This document shows, piece after piece, positions 1-12,870 of a DNA stretch of 64,000 nucleotides. Under the pieces are notes generated by a model, which saw nothing but the letters and a program-made list of their open reading frames with translations, was not told the origin of the DNA and did not search any database. How positions within the stretch are numbered: the first letter of the stretch is position 1; each line of letters opens with the position of its first letter. Made by a program: the position numbers and the translations under genes. Source of the stretch: Chara braunii (Eukaryota; Plantae; Charophyceae). Where the stretch lies: assembly GCA_003427395.1 (NCBI GenBank), contig BFEA01000010.1, positions 2,894,235-2,958,234 of the forward strand. Direction: 5' to 3'.

Positions 1-1257
1 CAGATCATGCCACCTTTCTTCCACCAGCTTGACGAAATAATCCAATTTTTGGGTGACTGCCCAAGCGTGGAAGTCACTACCATACCCCTGTAATTTCACG
101 TACCCACTTAACCACCTTGCTGCATTCCCCTCCTGATAGGAGGCAACCACAAACACTTCCTCGTGAGGCAAGGTTAACTTGCACTTCACATAGATTGGCA
201 CCAACCTCAACCAGTTGTTGAGGTCCTCACCCTTCTTATCTCGTGAGAAGGGCTTTGGTGATGCGATGGCAGTCTTTGGAACACACTGTCCCTGTCCCGG
301 TGCCTGCGCAACTCCAAATTGTGGAACGTGGGGTCCAGGTTGCTGCACCTGCTGCTGCGCTTGCTGCGAAACAGCAGGCTGTCCTGATACGGCAGTCGGC
401 AAAGGAGGTTGGGACAACACCATCTGAACAGGAACCTGTACACTAGGACTTGTTGAGAACCCGCCTGTCAAAGGCATACCAAGGTGGGAACCGGCCTGTA
501 CCGATACCGGAGGAAGCATAGATGGGACTACCCCGATTACCGGTGGGACAAAAGGAGGAGGCTGTACCAAGGGCCAGGCACCTGGCCCAAATGGTGATGG
601 TGTAACCTGAACTCGCTCGACCAGAACGGCCAGGCTCCTCTGAATGTCTTGCAAGAGGGACGTATGGTAGTCCTGCACCTCCACTACATCCAGCAGGACT
701 GTCCCAACGTTCCTTACATAGTCATCCATGTTTGTCAGGTCCGTTTCCTCTAACTCCCGGATGTCCGCTTCTCTCCGCTGCATCCTCGCTCGACGTCTAA
801 TCATTCTCTCCTTCTTTGCCTGTATCTCATCTAGTGCCTGTTGTAGATGTGCTGCGTGCGTTTGCTCGTTGAATGACGACCTCCTTGGGAGTCAACACTA
901 ATTGCTGGCTAGCCATCACACCAACGGACTGACTCTGGGTATGTGGGTATGTGCCATCGCTGCACCCACAACCCCTGAACTACTAGCCTGGGAACTCTGT
1001 TGCGTCCCGGAATTACTCACTTGAGAGCCCTGTTGTGCAGAAGTGGCCATTACGGCCGGTAAAGCAGCTGCCTTTCTTGCTAAAGCCCTGCCAGCCTCTG
1101 CGTCCCTGTCCCCCCTCTGCTGACACTGCCTTTCCCTAGCCTGTCTGAACAGGAGGTGGTCTCCCTCAGCTCCTAAAGCTACGTGGACCAACGGGAGTCT
1201 ACAGCTTGACGAACACAGGATCCGATCGTCCGGTTCAGGGTCCTCCCTGTCGCTCAT
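1..1257 (-). pseudogene. retrotransposon gag, interrupted by stops
   Basis: ATG at 1257 (MSDREDPEP..), stops near 890-918, then coiled-coil, Pro/Gln-rich and capsid-like segments; the ERWHD motif resembles the KRWHDP motif in the gag at ~39260. Confidence 0.75.
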
Positions 1258-2412
1258 ATGCTACAGCACTGTGCAGTGTCTGCACTAGAACACACTCGGT
1301 TGCCTACCGCAGCGTAGTGCTCAGACCGATTTAAAATAATAAAATTAATTAACCCGTGACATTGTAAGAGAATACACAATTGGGTCCAACAGGTAAGTCC
1401 AGATTCCTACAAACGAAACTATTTTACTCGACTAGTCCGCGAACAGAAAACAAATAAGCAAAATCAGAAAGTTCTACCTATGTTGTCTGTCAGATGTGTT
1501 AGTGGTTGTACACCTAACTAATAAAAATAAAAATAGAATCATTCGTATGGCTGTTTGCAGAGTGGAATTTTCCCGAACTGATCACCTGAAACCTACCCCT
1601 CCCTCAATTCTCCTTGATGTCACTTGACGTCAGCTTTCCTGAGGCATCCAGATAGTGTGTGTGTCTAAAGGTGTGCACACGGCCAACCCCTGTGCCCCAA
1701 GTCAATGCTCTCGGCCATGTTCACCCTCGCGTGCAGCGAGCCTTACACCGACCGATTGGCTGATCAAGAGGCAGTTTAAGGACGGCCCCTCAGGTCCCGT
1801 AGGGCTGGCCTGCCCCTCATGACCTATCCATAGCGCAGCCGACAGACAAAGGACAAAGCAGCAAAGCATGCGTGATCTACTCCCGGTGGGTTGGCATGGT
1901 GATCGTGACCCAGTGCTTCGACCGGGGCCCTTCAGATGGCAACGCCCTCTCCTTCCAGATGCTCCACGTGAACAATGCAGATTCTCAAGGTTGAGCGCAC
2001 TCGACTCCTCACATGAGAGGACTCTCAAGACAGAACACACATCCTCACGGTAAGAAGTGTCGAAGAGGGTAGATAAGGTTAAGAGCAACGTACCTAAAAA
2101 TAGCCACCCCCAACCACAGATATTCTCACCAGTTGACCTGACGTCGATTGTGATAACCAATCCTTGCTTCGGCACAACCAGCATTACACCCCTGTTCCAG
2201 CTTAGCATCGATCGCACATCAGATAGTTCTCATCACACTGCGAAACACCCAATATCACCTCTCAGCCTTCCTGGCAATACCCCTCTCCGCCTGGGTCGCC
2301 TGCTTGCCTTCACCCTCCTCACTGCTTACTACCCATGGTCGCTCACCCAGCTACCCATGTGCATGCACCGTATAAACAGAAGACAAGCACTGGATTAGAG
2401 CAACGTACCACA

Positions 2413-2424
2413 GCTCTGACACCA
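2413..2424 (-). promoter_or_regulatory. primer binding site, tRNA-iMet type
   Basis: Minus strand TGGTGTCAGAGC, 1 mismatch to canonical TGGTATCAGAGC, 3 nt from the LTR end. Confidence 0.85.
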
Positions 2425-2427
2425 AAA

Positions 2428-3243
2428 TGCAAGGAAAATAAGCGATTGCGAATTCCAAAAACCAAGCAGCATCATACACATGAAACCAGATAGTCTCGAC
2501 CTCGAACCAAAAACAGAATTGCAACTCGAGTTCCACCAAATAAGACGAATGGCAGATCCTATCTAGCCTATCCACAATGCCGCTGGTGATGTCAACAGCT
2601 TCCCGAAGTACGAGCGGATCTCGGCCAATGCTGTTCGCCTCACCAGGTATGTCTCACGCTTCACTCACAACCTCGATCCCCCACACAGATGCCACATGCA
2701 CCCAAGGACCACCATGCGCCCCATCCAGCTATGCGCAGGCCAGCTCGGCTATGGCTGCCTGCATCCTCCCTGCTCGCCCCTGAGCGAGTAGGCACATGCG
2801 AGCAAATAGCGCAGCATGCAGCATGTGCCCGAATGTCCAGCCCGCAGCCAGGCCCTTTCCTTTATGGAATGGGGCTGCCAGGCTGGCCTGGGCCTCCCCA
2901 CGGAAGCTTCCGGTAGGGCACAAGTGGCTGAGCCCCTGTCCCAGGGAATCTTCCACAGGGCCTGGGTTGGTTACCCGTGTCCAACTGTGTTTGCCTCATG
3001 CGCCGTGTCTGGCCCAGGGCCTGCCTCGATGCATTTGGGAAAAGGCAGGCAGGGCCTGGACTCACTCAGCCAACTGGTGCTGCGCAACTGCCTGAATTTC
3101 CCAGCTGCGTCAAAACCCAAAAATAGGCCTCTCGTCACTTGTCAGGCCCACCTTCACTTAGGGCGGCCGTACTTGCTGAAACGGGGGCCCAGTAGGGCTT
3201 ACCTAGGCCTTGAGCCTCGCAGTCGTCCCACAAATACGTGACA
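2428..3243 (-). repeat. 5' LTR (~816 bp)
   Basis: TG...CA termini adjacent to the PBS; same terminal pattern as the LTR at 58371-59345; outer boundary inferred because no second copy is in the window. Confidence 0.65.
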
Positions 3244-3379
3244 TCAAACACACCCCTTTTCTCACCCATATAAGCCATTCCAGCCGGCTAGGATTTTATC
3301 TGCAATTTGGAAGAGCACTGTCCGACCTGTTTTTTCCCCTTTCTTAAATTTCTCATTCACAAGAGCACTTACCCACCCC

Positions 3380-3509
3380 TGCAGTAAGATTTTCCACCCC
3401 AGGAGAACGGTGCCATAATTTCGAAGTAGTCATGTTTACAAGTTGCAGTAACATTTCCACCCAGGAGAACGGTGCCATAATCTCAAAGTAGTCATGCTTA
3501 CACGTTGCA
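3380..3509. repeat. 64-bp tandem duplication (2 copies)
   Basis: tgcagtaa..ccaggagaacggtgccataat..aagtagtcatg starts at 3380 and again at 3444. Confidence 0.9.
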
Positions 3510-3859
3510 AATGATAGGATTCTTGAGATATTATTCTAGACCAGGCCAGAAAGACTGCCAGCCTCTGGTGACACGGAATTCTAGTCAAGTTGCTTCCCAC
3601 AGATTCCTTGAAATTCTTTGGAAAGCCAAGAGCACAGTCAGAAAGCTTTTGCTGGGATTACCATCCATACAGTAGCCCAGTGCAACAGAAAAAAAAGGGA
3701 TGGATTTCATCCAAACCATCCCTCCCTGCTGACATAACAAACGGGATGCCGGACAAGAGGGAACTTAGTTCTCTTCTTTCTTTTTTTCTCCCCTGACATA
3801 CCAATGAAGATCAGAAGAAACAGCCAGAGGACTTTGTTTTTGTTTTGTGCTGCTCAAGG

Positions 3860-3861
<2 letters not shown>

Positions 3862-3946
<85 letters not shown>
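3862..3946. repeat. compound (TC)n(AC)n microsatellite
   Basis: direct reading. Confidence 0.98.
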
Positions 3947-3947
<1 letters not shown>

Positions 3948-4172
3948 CTACAAATGAGACTGCCAATAGCCTGATGAAACCTTTGACCGCAGTCACGCTT
4001 TCTCTTTGGCGTGGTGTTTAGGAACATCACAATGCCCATGACATAGAGAACAGAGACAGTCGACTTGAGTTGAAACACAAACCCTCAAAGATTCATGATC
4101 TTAGCGCCAAGAAAACGAAAACAGAAATCAGCAAAAATAAGTGCACTGCTCCTCTACATTTATCATCAATTG

Positions 4173-4402
4173 TTAAGCCGCTTCCTCGGAGTCTGTAGTT
4201 GGATCCTTCTTTCCCATGAGTTTGCAAACGGGGAGAGTGAGATCTCTGACCAAAATTCTCACATTTGGACTCAATTTCACATCCTTCAGCAAAACCCTAT
4301 CGCCTATTTCCAGCTGACTCAAGTCAACCTCCACAACTGGCGGGATCTCGTTGGCCGGGCACAGAAGCTTCACCTTTCGCCAGATAGTGTTCAGCCAACC
4401 AC
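4173..4402 (-). CDS. terminal coding exon of organellar 50S ribosomal protein L25 (bL25/CTC, C-terminal beta domain)
   Basis: Acceptor ctgctccAG|GT at 4403/4402, then GWLNTIWRKVKLLCPANEIPPVVEVDLSQLEIGDRVLLKDVKLSPNVRIL...EEAA*; matches the plant L25 pattern LNTIxRxVKxLCPxxxIPPxIEVDLSxLxIG; no frame defects. Confidence 0.88.
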
Positions 4403-5412
4403 CTGGAGCAGCAGGTGGAAAGGGCAGAGAGAGTCCGACGATATCAAGCAGACAAGAAAACCACAGACTTTAGTGTCATGCCATCATCCCATCCTGGTCA
4501 GCCGTTTTTACATCAAGTGAGCAAGAAAGAAACAGCTGCAGCAGTAGCAACAACATTTTTAACCCAGAAAATAACAAATGGTTTGGCAGGGACAGGGCGT
4601 GGGAGGCCACAGGAGAGGGGAGGTGCAGAGGGAGAAGGGACGAGGAAAACACACGACAATCTGAAGCAAAAGACTGCCATAATCAATTGGATCAAACTTC
4701 TGCCCATGAGCCCCAGCACTCCACTGCCATCCCCATTGATAGCTCCTTTCACACAGTTCCACAGCCTTCATGTGACCACCATAACCCCTTTTTTCAAAAC
4801 CCCCCAAACCCATCCCTCTCCTCCTTCACAGACATGCTATAATGACCAACATCTGTATCTGGACTGCAAGGAAAATGAGCGATAGCGAAAATGACAGAAA
4901 TCCAGAATGCAAAATCACATTGAAAGCCGCAAGTCCAACGCTGTCCAGAAAGCAGAAATGCACTAATATTCCACCAACGGAGAACCAAAGCACTGAATCC
5001 GAATGTCAATGAGAGCATACTCTCGCCACCACCAACATATGTATCCAGAGTCCTTCCTCCTACTTGGCGCTCAGCGCCCAGACTACTATCGCACAGCCAA
5101 ATAGCAGCCTACGAATTGACAATGCATCCAGTTGACATCAGCAGCAGAACCGAAATACATGAAGATGTCGACCCTTGTAGACCATTCCCACGACCAGGTA
5201 CGTGCCCTCACATCATCAACCTCGTCTCTCTCTCTCTCACACACACTCGACTTTCACACCCACGTCTTCACCCTCATGCATGAAGACCACCACCACCTCC
5301 ACTGGCTATACCCAGGCCAAGCCCAGCTATGGGGGATGCTGCCCTCCGCAGCGCCCTGCACCGCGGGCACGCGCCTGCTGCAAGGCCCTAGCCAGGGGGG
5401 TAAGCCCTCACA

Positions 5413-7087
5413 CTCCATCCTCCTTTACTTCTATAGTCCTCTGAGAAGTCATTACACAGCAGGCTGCTTCCCTTCCAAATTTCGTTCATAGATAATTTCG
5501 GGAGCAGTCTTCATGAACTATTCTCTGGTGAACCACTGATCTTCTTTAGGATCAGTATGATGTTCGAACCGCACTCGATACTGCATCTGCGGTTTAGGAG
5601 GGCATCCCCTGCCTGGATGCTTGGACACAGGCATCAGCTTGTGCTCGACGCTATTGTCAATGTCCACATGTCCGTCCATGGTTGGGGGCAGCATCGATCT
5701 TCTTGAGGGAAACCGTTCAGTTTCAGCGAAGGGTGCCAACTTAGATGCATGGAAAACAGGGTGTGTATGGAGGTGACCAGGAATGCGAATAACATATGGA
5801 CCATCGGGTTGATCTCCTACTATGTCTAGAATTTCCCAAGGTCCAAAGTACTGTGGCATCAGTTTGCGTGATATTCCCAACTCCTATCCCAACTCAGATG
5901 ACTTTACCCAGACTTGTTCACCTACCTGATATGCAGACAGTCGTCTGTGTCTGTTCTCAGATGCAACCATGGCATCTTGAGCTTTCGTGATGTGCTCGAC
6001 AGCCTGCCGCAGCATCTGTTCGTACTTGATAGCGAACTCTATGATGCCAGGTGCTGCGGTTGGCTGGTTTTCAGGCAACAGGAAGTCAACAGCAGATCTG
6101 GGCTTCCAGCCAAGATGCAGCCGGTTGGGAGTCTTACCGGTAGTGCTGTGCACAGCATTGTTGTACAATCTGGCAATGAGAGGTAACTTCTCATCCCAGT
6201 CATCTTGACTTGGCTTAATATAATGCCGAAGCAAGTGCTGCACTACCCGGTTCATCTGCTCGGCCTGTCCATTTGACTCAGGGTAGTTCCCTGATGTCAT
6301 TTGCAGTCGGGTGCCCATCTGTTGGGCTGTACTTTGCCACAGTTCGCTAGTGAAATCTGACATCCCTGTCGCTTACAATAGACTTAGGGAGACCAAAGTC
6401 ACTTACCCACTTGTCCATGAGTAGCTTGATGACATGGTCAGTCCTAACTGTCTCAGGCATAGCGATGAGTCTAGCATACTTAGTGAACCTGTCCACAGTC
6501 ACGAAGATGTGCGTCTTACCACTCTTGCTGGTCACAAGAGTATCCATGAAGTCCATGGACACACTCTGACCAGGTCCAGCAGGGATAGGGAAGGGCTTAA
6601 TAATCCCAAGCGGTGCCTGCGTCCTTGGTTTGTCACGTTGACAAACCTGGCAAGCCTCTACATACTTTTTTGCATCCTCCATCATTGTGGGCCACCAAAA
6701 TTTTTGGACTAAATTTGTTGCTGTCTTTTTTATAACCGAAGTGTTCGGTTGCATCGTGGCATTCACCTAAACGTAAAGACTCTATTTGAAATACATAAGC
6801 GTTTATTCCCACCTTCTCAAGGAACAACAAGCCTTCAACCAGCACAAACTCATCGGAAGTAGCTTTGTCTTCAACTTCAAGTTTGCAAATGATCTCAGAC
6901 ATGATTGTGTCCTCTTGATAGGCTTCCACCAAAGATCGAGTTACATCATCAGATATCCCAAACTCAGTCACTAGCGCGTCCAGATAGTCTGCCCTACGCG
7001 ATAGTGCATCAGCCACTTTGTTGTACTCTCCCTTCAAAGGGTCGCGCTTGAAGTTATACATATCTATGACTTCAATCCACCTCTTAA
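5413..7087 (-). mobile_element. element C, 3' half: decayed gypsy pol (end of RNase H, integrase, chromodomain-like tail) and PPT
   Basis: YNKVADALSRR, ECHD..HFGYKK, CQVCQRDK, VSMDFMD, SDRDVRF, GQAEQMNR, HPVFHASKL, QYRVRF; purine tract AAAGGAGGATGGAG (5413-5426) followed by TG of a presumed 3' LTR at 5412. Confidence 0.9.
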
Positions 7088-7356
7088 ACCATCACTCTAC
7101 CCGACATTGTGAAAGTCGGCGGACCGGTAACACATGTTCATGAGGGCTACCAGTAGCATAGTGTGGAGACTCGGCAGAGACCCAAAAATGAAAAACCCCA
7201 CAAATTGCCGCCACCACTTATTTCATGGTTAAAATGATTTATTTTTTTTTTGAATATTTCTCCCGAAAAGATCACGATAAAATCTACGGACCCTCCAATT
7301 TTCAGATTTTTTAATGAATTCTTCTGAGCGTGAAAAATCGCTGAAATTGGGGTTTG
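7088..7356. mobile_element. non-autonomous TIR DNA transposon, left part
   Basis: TTAA (7084-7087) then ACCATCACTCTACC, inverse complement of the right end at 36869-36882 (13/14 match). Confidence 0.8.
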
Positions 7357-8420
7357 TGCAATAACCCATGCCATATGTCTCGTGGAACTGAGGGTCATCA
7401 GAGGGCCTACTTGACCACCCTCAGCCCAGGCCGAACAAGGGCAGAAAAGGCCCTTCACAAATTCAGGGCCTGGGCGTGTGACAGTTGACTTTAGTCAACT
7501 GTCGGTCCACCCAACAGTCAAAGTCCAAGGGTACCTAGCCCAGGCCGCAGGTCAAGCACACACACTTGTTTGTATGCAGGTACCCAGACAGCATCAGGTC
7601 CAAGGGAGAAGTTTGTAACTGTACAATCCGGGCCTTCAGCTGTGAGTCAATCTGGACGATTGAAGGGAAAAGCACCGAGGCCAGACAGCCTCGCTTATTG
7701 CTACTTAAGGCTGGCCTCGAGAGAGTCAAGGCATTCCAGTCTTGCTATGCTGCTTTGACGCTGGCTCGACTTTGAACCCGACGCTCGCTTCATGCTGGCT
7801 GTGCACAAGCATTGCGGACGACGGCACGAGGTGGAGGCAGCATGCCGGCACTTCCTCAGTGCGTCATGCCATGCTGATGTGGCACTGCCTCTGGTATATG
7901 TGGGCTGCCTTTGGTCTACGTGGCATGCTGATGTGGCGCTGCCTCTAGTCTACGTGGCATGCTGATGTGGCGCTGCCTCTGGTGTGGCGCTGCCTATGGT
8001 CTACATGGCATACTGATGTAGCGCTGCTACATTGTCCACACTGTCTACATGAAGTGATTGGTTGCGAGGAGGAGGAAAATCGGGATCCGTGGTTGAGGGA
8101 GAACAGGTACTCACCTGGGTTTGAAGTCAATACTGGAATCTGCAATTGAGTGCCATGTGGCACTTCCGTGTGTGATCAAGAATATACTTATTATCATTGT
8201 TGATGTGAAGAGGGAAGAAGCCCGGAGAAGGAGAGGGTCAGCAGGGATTATTGTTTGATTCTTCATCTTCTGCTTTGTCTGTTCCCCCTCCCCTCTCTTC
8301 TATTGATGATAATGAGATATTGTTTGATATATTTTTTCACGAATTGGAGACTTTGATGCATATACTGACTCTACAGGTATTGGACGACTTCAATGTATCT
8401 GTCAGACCGGGTTCGTTACA
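7357..8420 (+). repeat. element A 5' LTR (1064 bp)
   Basis: TGCAATAACCC...TTACA; direct repeat of 14997-15628 plus 35927-36363. Confidence 0.93.
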
Positions 8421-8423
8421 ATT

Positions 8424-8435
8424 TGGTATCGGAGC
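8424..8435 (+). promoter_or_regulatory. primer binding site, tRNA-iMet type
   Basis: TGGTATCGGAGC 3 nt after the LTR end. Confidence 0.9.
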
Positions 8436-9259
8436 GAACTTCTTCATCGCGATCTGCTCTTTTGTCAGGTGTTGACGTGGCACCCAGGTAAGTGGGAGGT
8501 GCCGCATGTGCAACACGAACGCGTTCATTAACGTGAGCGGTCATACCGCAAGTCTAGACATTGTAGTAATGCAGTTGTGAGCAGCCGTCCCTTGAAGACT
8601 GATGACGTAGCTGCATTGACGACACCGGCGAGAGCTTCATTGGCAACAGGCTGACACGGCGCCAGTCCAGATAGATAAAGTGTGTGAATTATACCGCTGA
8701 TGTGGCATAATACGGAATGCTGACGTGTTATTTTGGCAAGGCATGGTCTGACGTGGCACTTACCTGTGTCGTGAGTACATGCTGACGTGGCATGCCAGTT
8801 CAAGCACGCATTGCTGACGTGGCATTCCCCTTGTACACCCTCCGGGTTTTTTATGTGCTAACGTGGCAGACTCCATTGAGCTGCTGTGTTGGCATTCCAG
8901 GGGTGACACGTGGCCTGCGTGGCTGAGTGAGGTGTTGAGTGTGTAATGTGTTTGGTTGCTGCAGATAGTACAGCCATAAGAGAGGAAGATAACAATTGAT
9001 TTTGTTGGAGTGTTGGTTTTACTCACCTGATTGGTTGTTCTGTGATGTCCTTGCATACTTACCTGTATGTTGTTGTCTTGATCACACTGGTCGTGGCTGC
9101 GGTACCTGTACACATGCTGTAGGACGTCATCACATAGAAAGAATAGACAACGAAGTTAGACTTAGTAAAACATATGTTTCTTTGTATTTGCTTTGAATAA
9201 TTCTTGTTATAAAAGTTGTGTGCGTCGTGGAATTTATTTTTGTCTTTTAATTTTATTTA

Positions 9260-11130
9260 TTGTGCGGCATCTGCACGTTTGACAAAATGAGTTCTCTCTG
9301 GAAATGTCTGCGTGCCTCTACCTTGACTCGGTTCATACCGCTTCTTTTCTTCCCCATTCCTCTTACCGTGTTTGCCGATGAAGAGGGAGTGGAACTGAAA
9401 ACCCGTGGTCAGATTGGCACAAGGAGGCAGACTTTGGTCGGCCTCCTTCGCCAGCTTGTTGGTGAGATACATGGTGTCGGTCCAGATGCTGAACAGCACG
9501 TTCACGGACAGATCAATCTGCGTGATGCAGAAAGAGATCTGCAGGCCGTTGAAACTGCTGTTCAGATGATGGAAACAGGCAAGAGGGTCAAAGATCTCAT
9601 AAAGCAAGGACGATTGATCCTTGATCAATATGTCACCGAGAGCTTTGAAAAGATGGATCAAAACGGGAAAGAAGAAAAAAATGGAGAGAAAGAAAGAAAG
9701 AAACAAAGAAAGGAACCACAATTGTCAGTGGAAATAATGGAGGAAAACGTCAGACAGCTAGAGAGTACATTAAGAGAAGAGAGAACTAAGATTGAAGAGT
9801 ACAGGAGATTGAAAGAACAACAAGAAGAAGAAGAAAGAGTGATGAATAAATTGAGGCAAAAGTTTCATTACGAAGAAACAAGTAGTGAGGTTGCATCTAT
9901 TCCTCAGTCTATTATGGTCTACCTCGTTCATAACGAGGAGAAGATCGACAGTAACACCCCCGCTATGGAGACAATGATCATAATGACAAAAGAAAAAGAA
10001 AAGGTGGTGTATGAGGAGGTGGCCAAGTGGGGAGAAAACAAGAAGGAACCCCAAGAAAAATTAATGAAGGATGTGATGAAACGAGTCACACCCGAGAAAC
10101 CCGAAGGTTCTAAGAAAGAACCTGAGAGACAAGTTGAGAAGAAGGAATCGCCCACCGAAAAGAAAGCAGAACCGGTGAAGAAAGCAGAAAAACCGAAGAA
10201 GAAAGAGAAGGTGAAAATGAAACTGCAATTCACGTACAACAACAAGAAGGAAGAGTACTTCTTGTTGTGGATTGCGGAAATTCAAACCTACATCGGAAAA
10301 GCGCCCGTTGAGCCCAAGAGTCAGGTCGCTTTCTCCACCTCGTGTTTGGGAGGAGTGGCTAAGGAGTGGGTGCTGGCCGAAGCCAATGCTGCTGACTTCG
10401 AGGATATAGGTGAGTGGGCTAAGACCTTGACGTTGAGACAATTTCTCCAAAAGATTAAGGAGAGATTTCTCGGTAAAACGACAGTCGATAAGGCTTTCGA
10501 CAAACTCACCACCATTGGCCAGAAGCGTTGGTCTTCGGTTGATTCACTGTCTCGTGAAGTTGATCGTCTTTTGCAGGCACCCGGGTTGAATTTGCAGGAT
10601 AACCAGGTCCTGTACATTTACTCACGAGCATTGTCCGAAACCACTCATGGACAACTCGTGGCAGAATCAAAGTCTGGTAAGTACAATTACCGACAGTTCC
10701 GTGATCTTGCTCTGCAAAGAGAGAAGGTGACCACACAAGTCAAAGGTACGTATGCTTCGGTAGTCAAATCAGGACCGGTTGGTGGGTACGACAAGTGAGT
10801 CCTTTGGCGCCAAAAGCGTCAGGACCATATGCTTGTGCTATTTGACGATGAGACAAAAGAGAAGTTACCCCTCGACAAGTCTGAGGGAGGGGGAGGTAAT
10901 GGCGGCAGCGAGTCCGGGAAGGGTGACGTCGCTGCCGTAATGGCCAACAAGGGAGGCCAAAGTCAGTGGAAGAAGAAGAAGAGGCCACACTCGTTTCCCG
11001 AGCATCCCAGCATCGCGTTCGGAACACCCTGCGAAAATATGAACATGACTCGGGAGGAGTGGCAGTAGAAAATAGACAATCGCTAGTGCCTCAAGTGTGG
11101 CACCGTGGGGCACGTGATAGCCATGTGCCC
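9260..11130 (+). pseudogene. element A gag (long charged N-terminus, capsid region, CCHC knuckle), with premature stops
   Basis: 512-aa ORF 9260-10798, continuing through stops to CLKCGTVGHVIAMC at 11087-11128. Confidence 0.85.
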
Positions 11131-12760
11131 ACTTACTCGAAACCCAAAAGCGAGCAGCCAGTAGGAGTAACATTTGCTCCTACTGAGTCGAAGGCGACGA
11201 AGGGTTTAGACCAAGATAAAGGTAAGGCGCCTACAACCCCTTCCACCCCTTCGACTCTCAAGGCAGAGGATGACTTTTTTTCTGCCCGTCACCCAGACCA
11301 CCCTGACACAATACTTCGTTCTGTCTCATTGGACGATTCCCTTGACGGGCTCGACAATGCACTGATAGCACTACGGAGTTCGTAGACGAAGAAAGCAAAG
11401 CTTAGGGTGAGTTGATGATCGCGAATGTTGAGATCGCGCACAAGTAGGTTCCCTGTTAGATCCAAGATCGACGCGGTCTTATATCTCATAGAAGGCAATT
11501 CGTAAGTTGCATCAGGGAATGAAGGTAAAGGATTTACATAGACCTGTCACGTCTATACTGACTGACAAGAACACGATCACTGGCTCTCAATACGTCGATC
11601 GTGTTAAGTGTTATTTTAGAACAAAGGAAGGCAAGAAGATTCTACACAAGATATCCTTCCTAATTGAGAACAATTTACCCTTTGACATAATTTTGGGTAT
11701 GGATTGGCATGAGGAAGCAGTCCCAGAACTCAAGTTCAAAGATAAAATTGTCAAACTCAAGGAAGAGAAGTCCGAATTGTGTGCGATGAAGTTGTATCAT
11801 AAGTCTAGCTCTGACTCTACTCTGTCTTTCTGTTGTATGAGTTACCCAACTTTCCGATCAATGGTAGTAAAAGAAAAGTTGGATCAGGAGGTGATGATGG
11901 TACTCGTCAAGCGAGTAGGTAGTGTTCCTCATCTTATCCACCTTCTATTGAAAAAGTTTTTGACGAGTACAAGGACTTGCAGTCTGAACCGACGGGAATT
12001 ACTGAGCGTGCTATCAAGCACATTATTGACATCATTCCCGGAAGCAAGATTCCCAAGGGTCCCATTTACCGAATGTCTCCTAGGATACTTGAGAAACTGC
12101 AAAAGCAGCTACAAGAACTTACTGACAAGGGATGAATTCGCCCTAGCTCATCTCCTTATGGTGCACCTGTCTTATTCGTGCCCAAAAAGGAAGGTGAACT
12201 TCGTTTATGTAGTGATTATCACGGACTGAATTTCGTCACTGTTAAAAACGCGAAACCTCTTCCCCGCATTGACGATCTATTGGATCCGTTGCAGGGGTGT
12301 AGATATGTTAGCAAGATTGATCTCAAGTCCATGTACCACCACATTGAGGTGGCTCCTGAGGATCAACACAAGACGGCTTTCCGAACCAGGTATGGTCAAT
12401 ACGAGTTTGTGGTTATGCCCTTCGGTCTGACCAATGCACCTGCGACCTTCCAAAGGTCAATGGATGAGTTATTTCGTCAATGGCTTGACCAGTTCGTAGT
12501 AGTCTATCTCGATGACATTCTAATGTATAGCAAAACACTAAAGGATTATTAAAAACACCTACGAATGGTTTTGCAGAAGTTGCGCGAGGGCAACTTCAAA
12601 CTGGATCCGAAGAAGTCTGAGTTTGCTAAGCCTGAAGTTTTGTACTTAGGGCATACAGTAAACGAGGAAGGACAAAGGCCTGAAGAAAAGAAGATTGCAA
12701 CAATCACAGATTGGCCACAACCTAAGACTATAATTGAACTAAGGTCTTTCTTAGGACTAA

Positions 12761-12836
12761 AATTCTGACTTGTCGGAGGAATAGGAACCGGACTGTTGCT
12801 CCCCAGAATTGCAAGAGCCGGAACCGAAAGGTTCTG

Positions 12837-12868
<32 letters not shown>
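12761..12868 (+). mobile_element. short polyadenylated retroposed insert (SINE or 5'-truncated LINE 3' end)
   Basis: 76 nt plus A32 flanked by the direct repeat GGACTAA (12754-12760, 12869-12875); removal restores pol LRSFLGLTNYY. Confidence 0.9.

Positions 12869-12870
<2 letters not shown>

Larger units (their letters stand above)
1..3243 (-). mobile_element. 5' part of a Ty3/gypsy LTR retrotransposon (5' LTR, PBS, leader, decayed gag); continues beyond the window start
   Basis: LTR-like segment 2428-3243 reads TGTCAC...TTGCA on the minus strand; Met-type PBS follows 3 nt later; gag-like translation from 1257 down to 1 (..PKPFSRDKKGEDLNNWLRLVPIYVKC..EERWHD). Confidence 0.85.

Noticed and set aside
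8488-8964. Possible intron in element A's leader (CAG|GTAAGT ... TGCAG|)
   Set aside because: Only consensus-like sites with several alternative acceptors; no independent support
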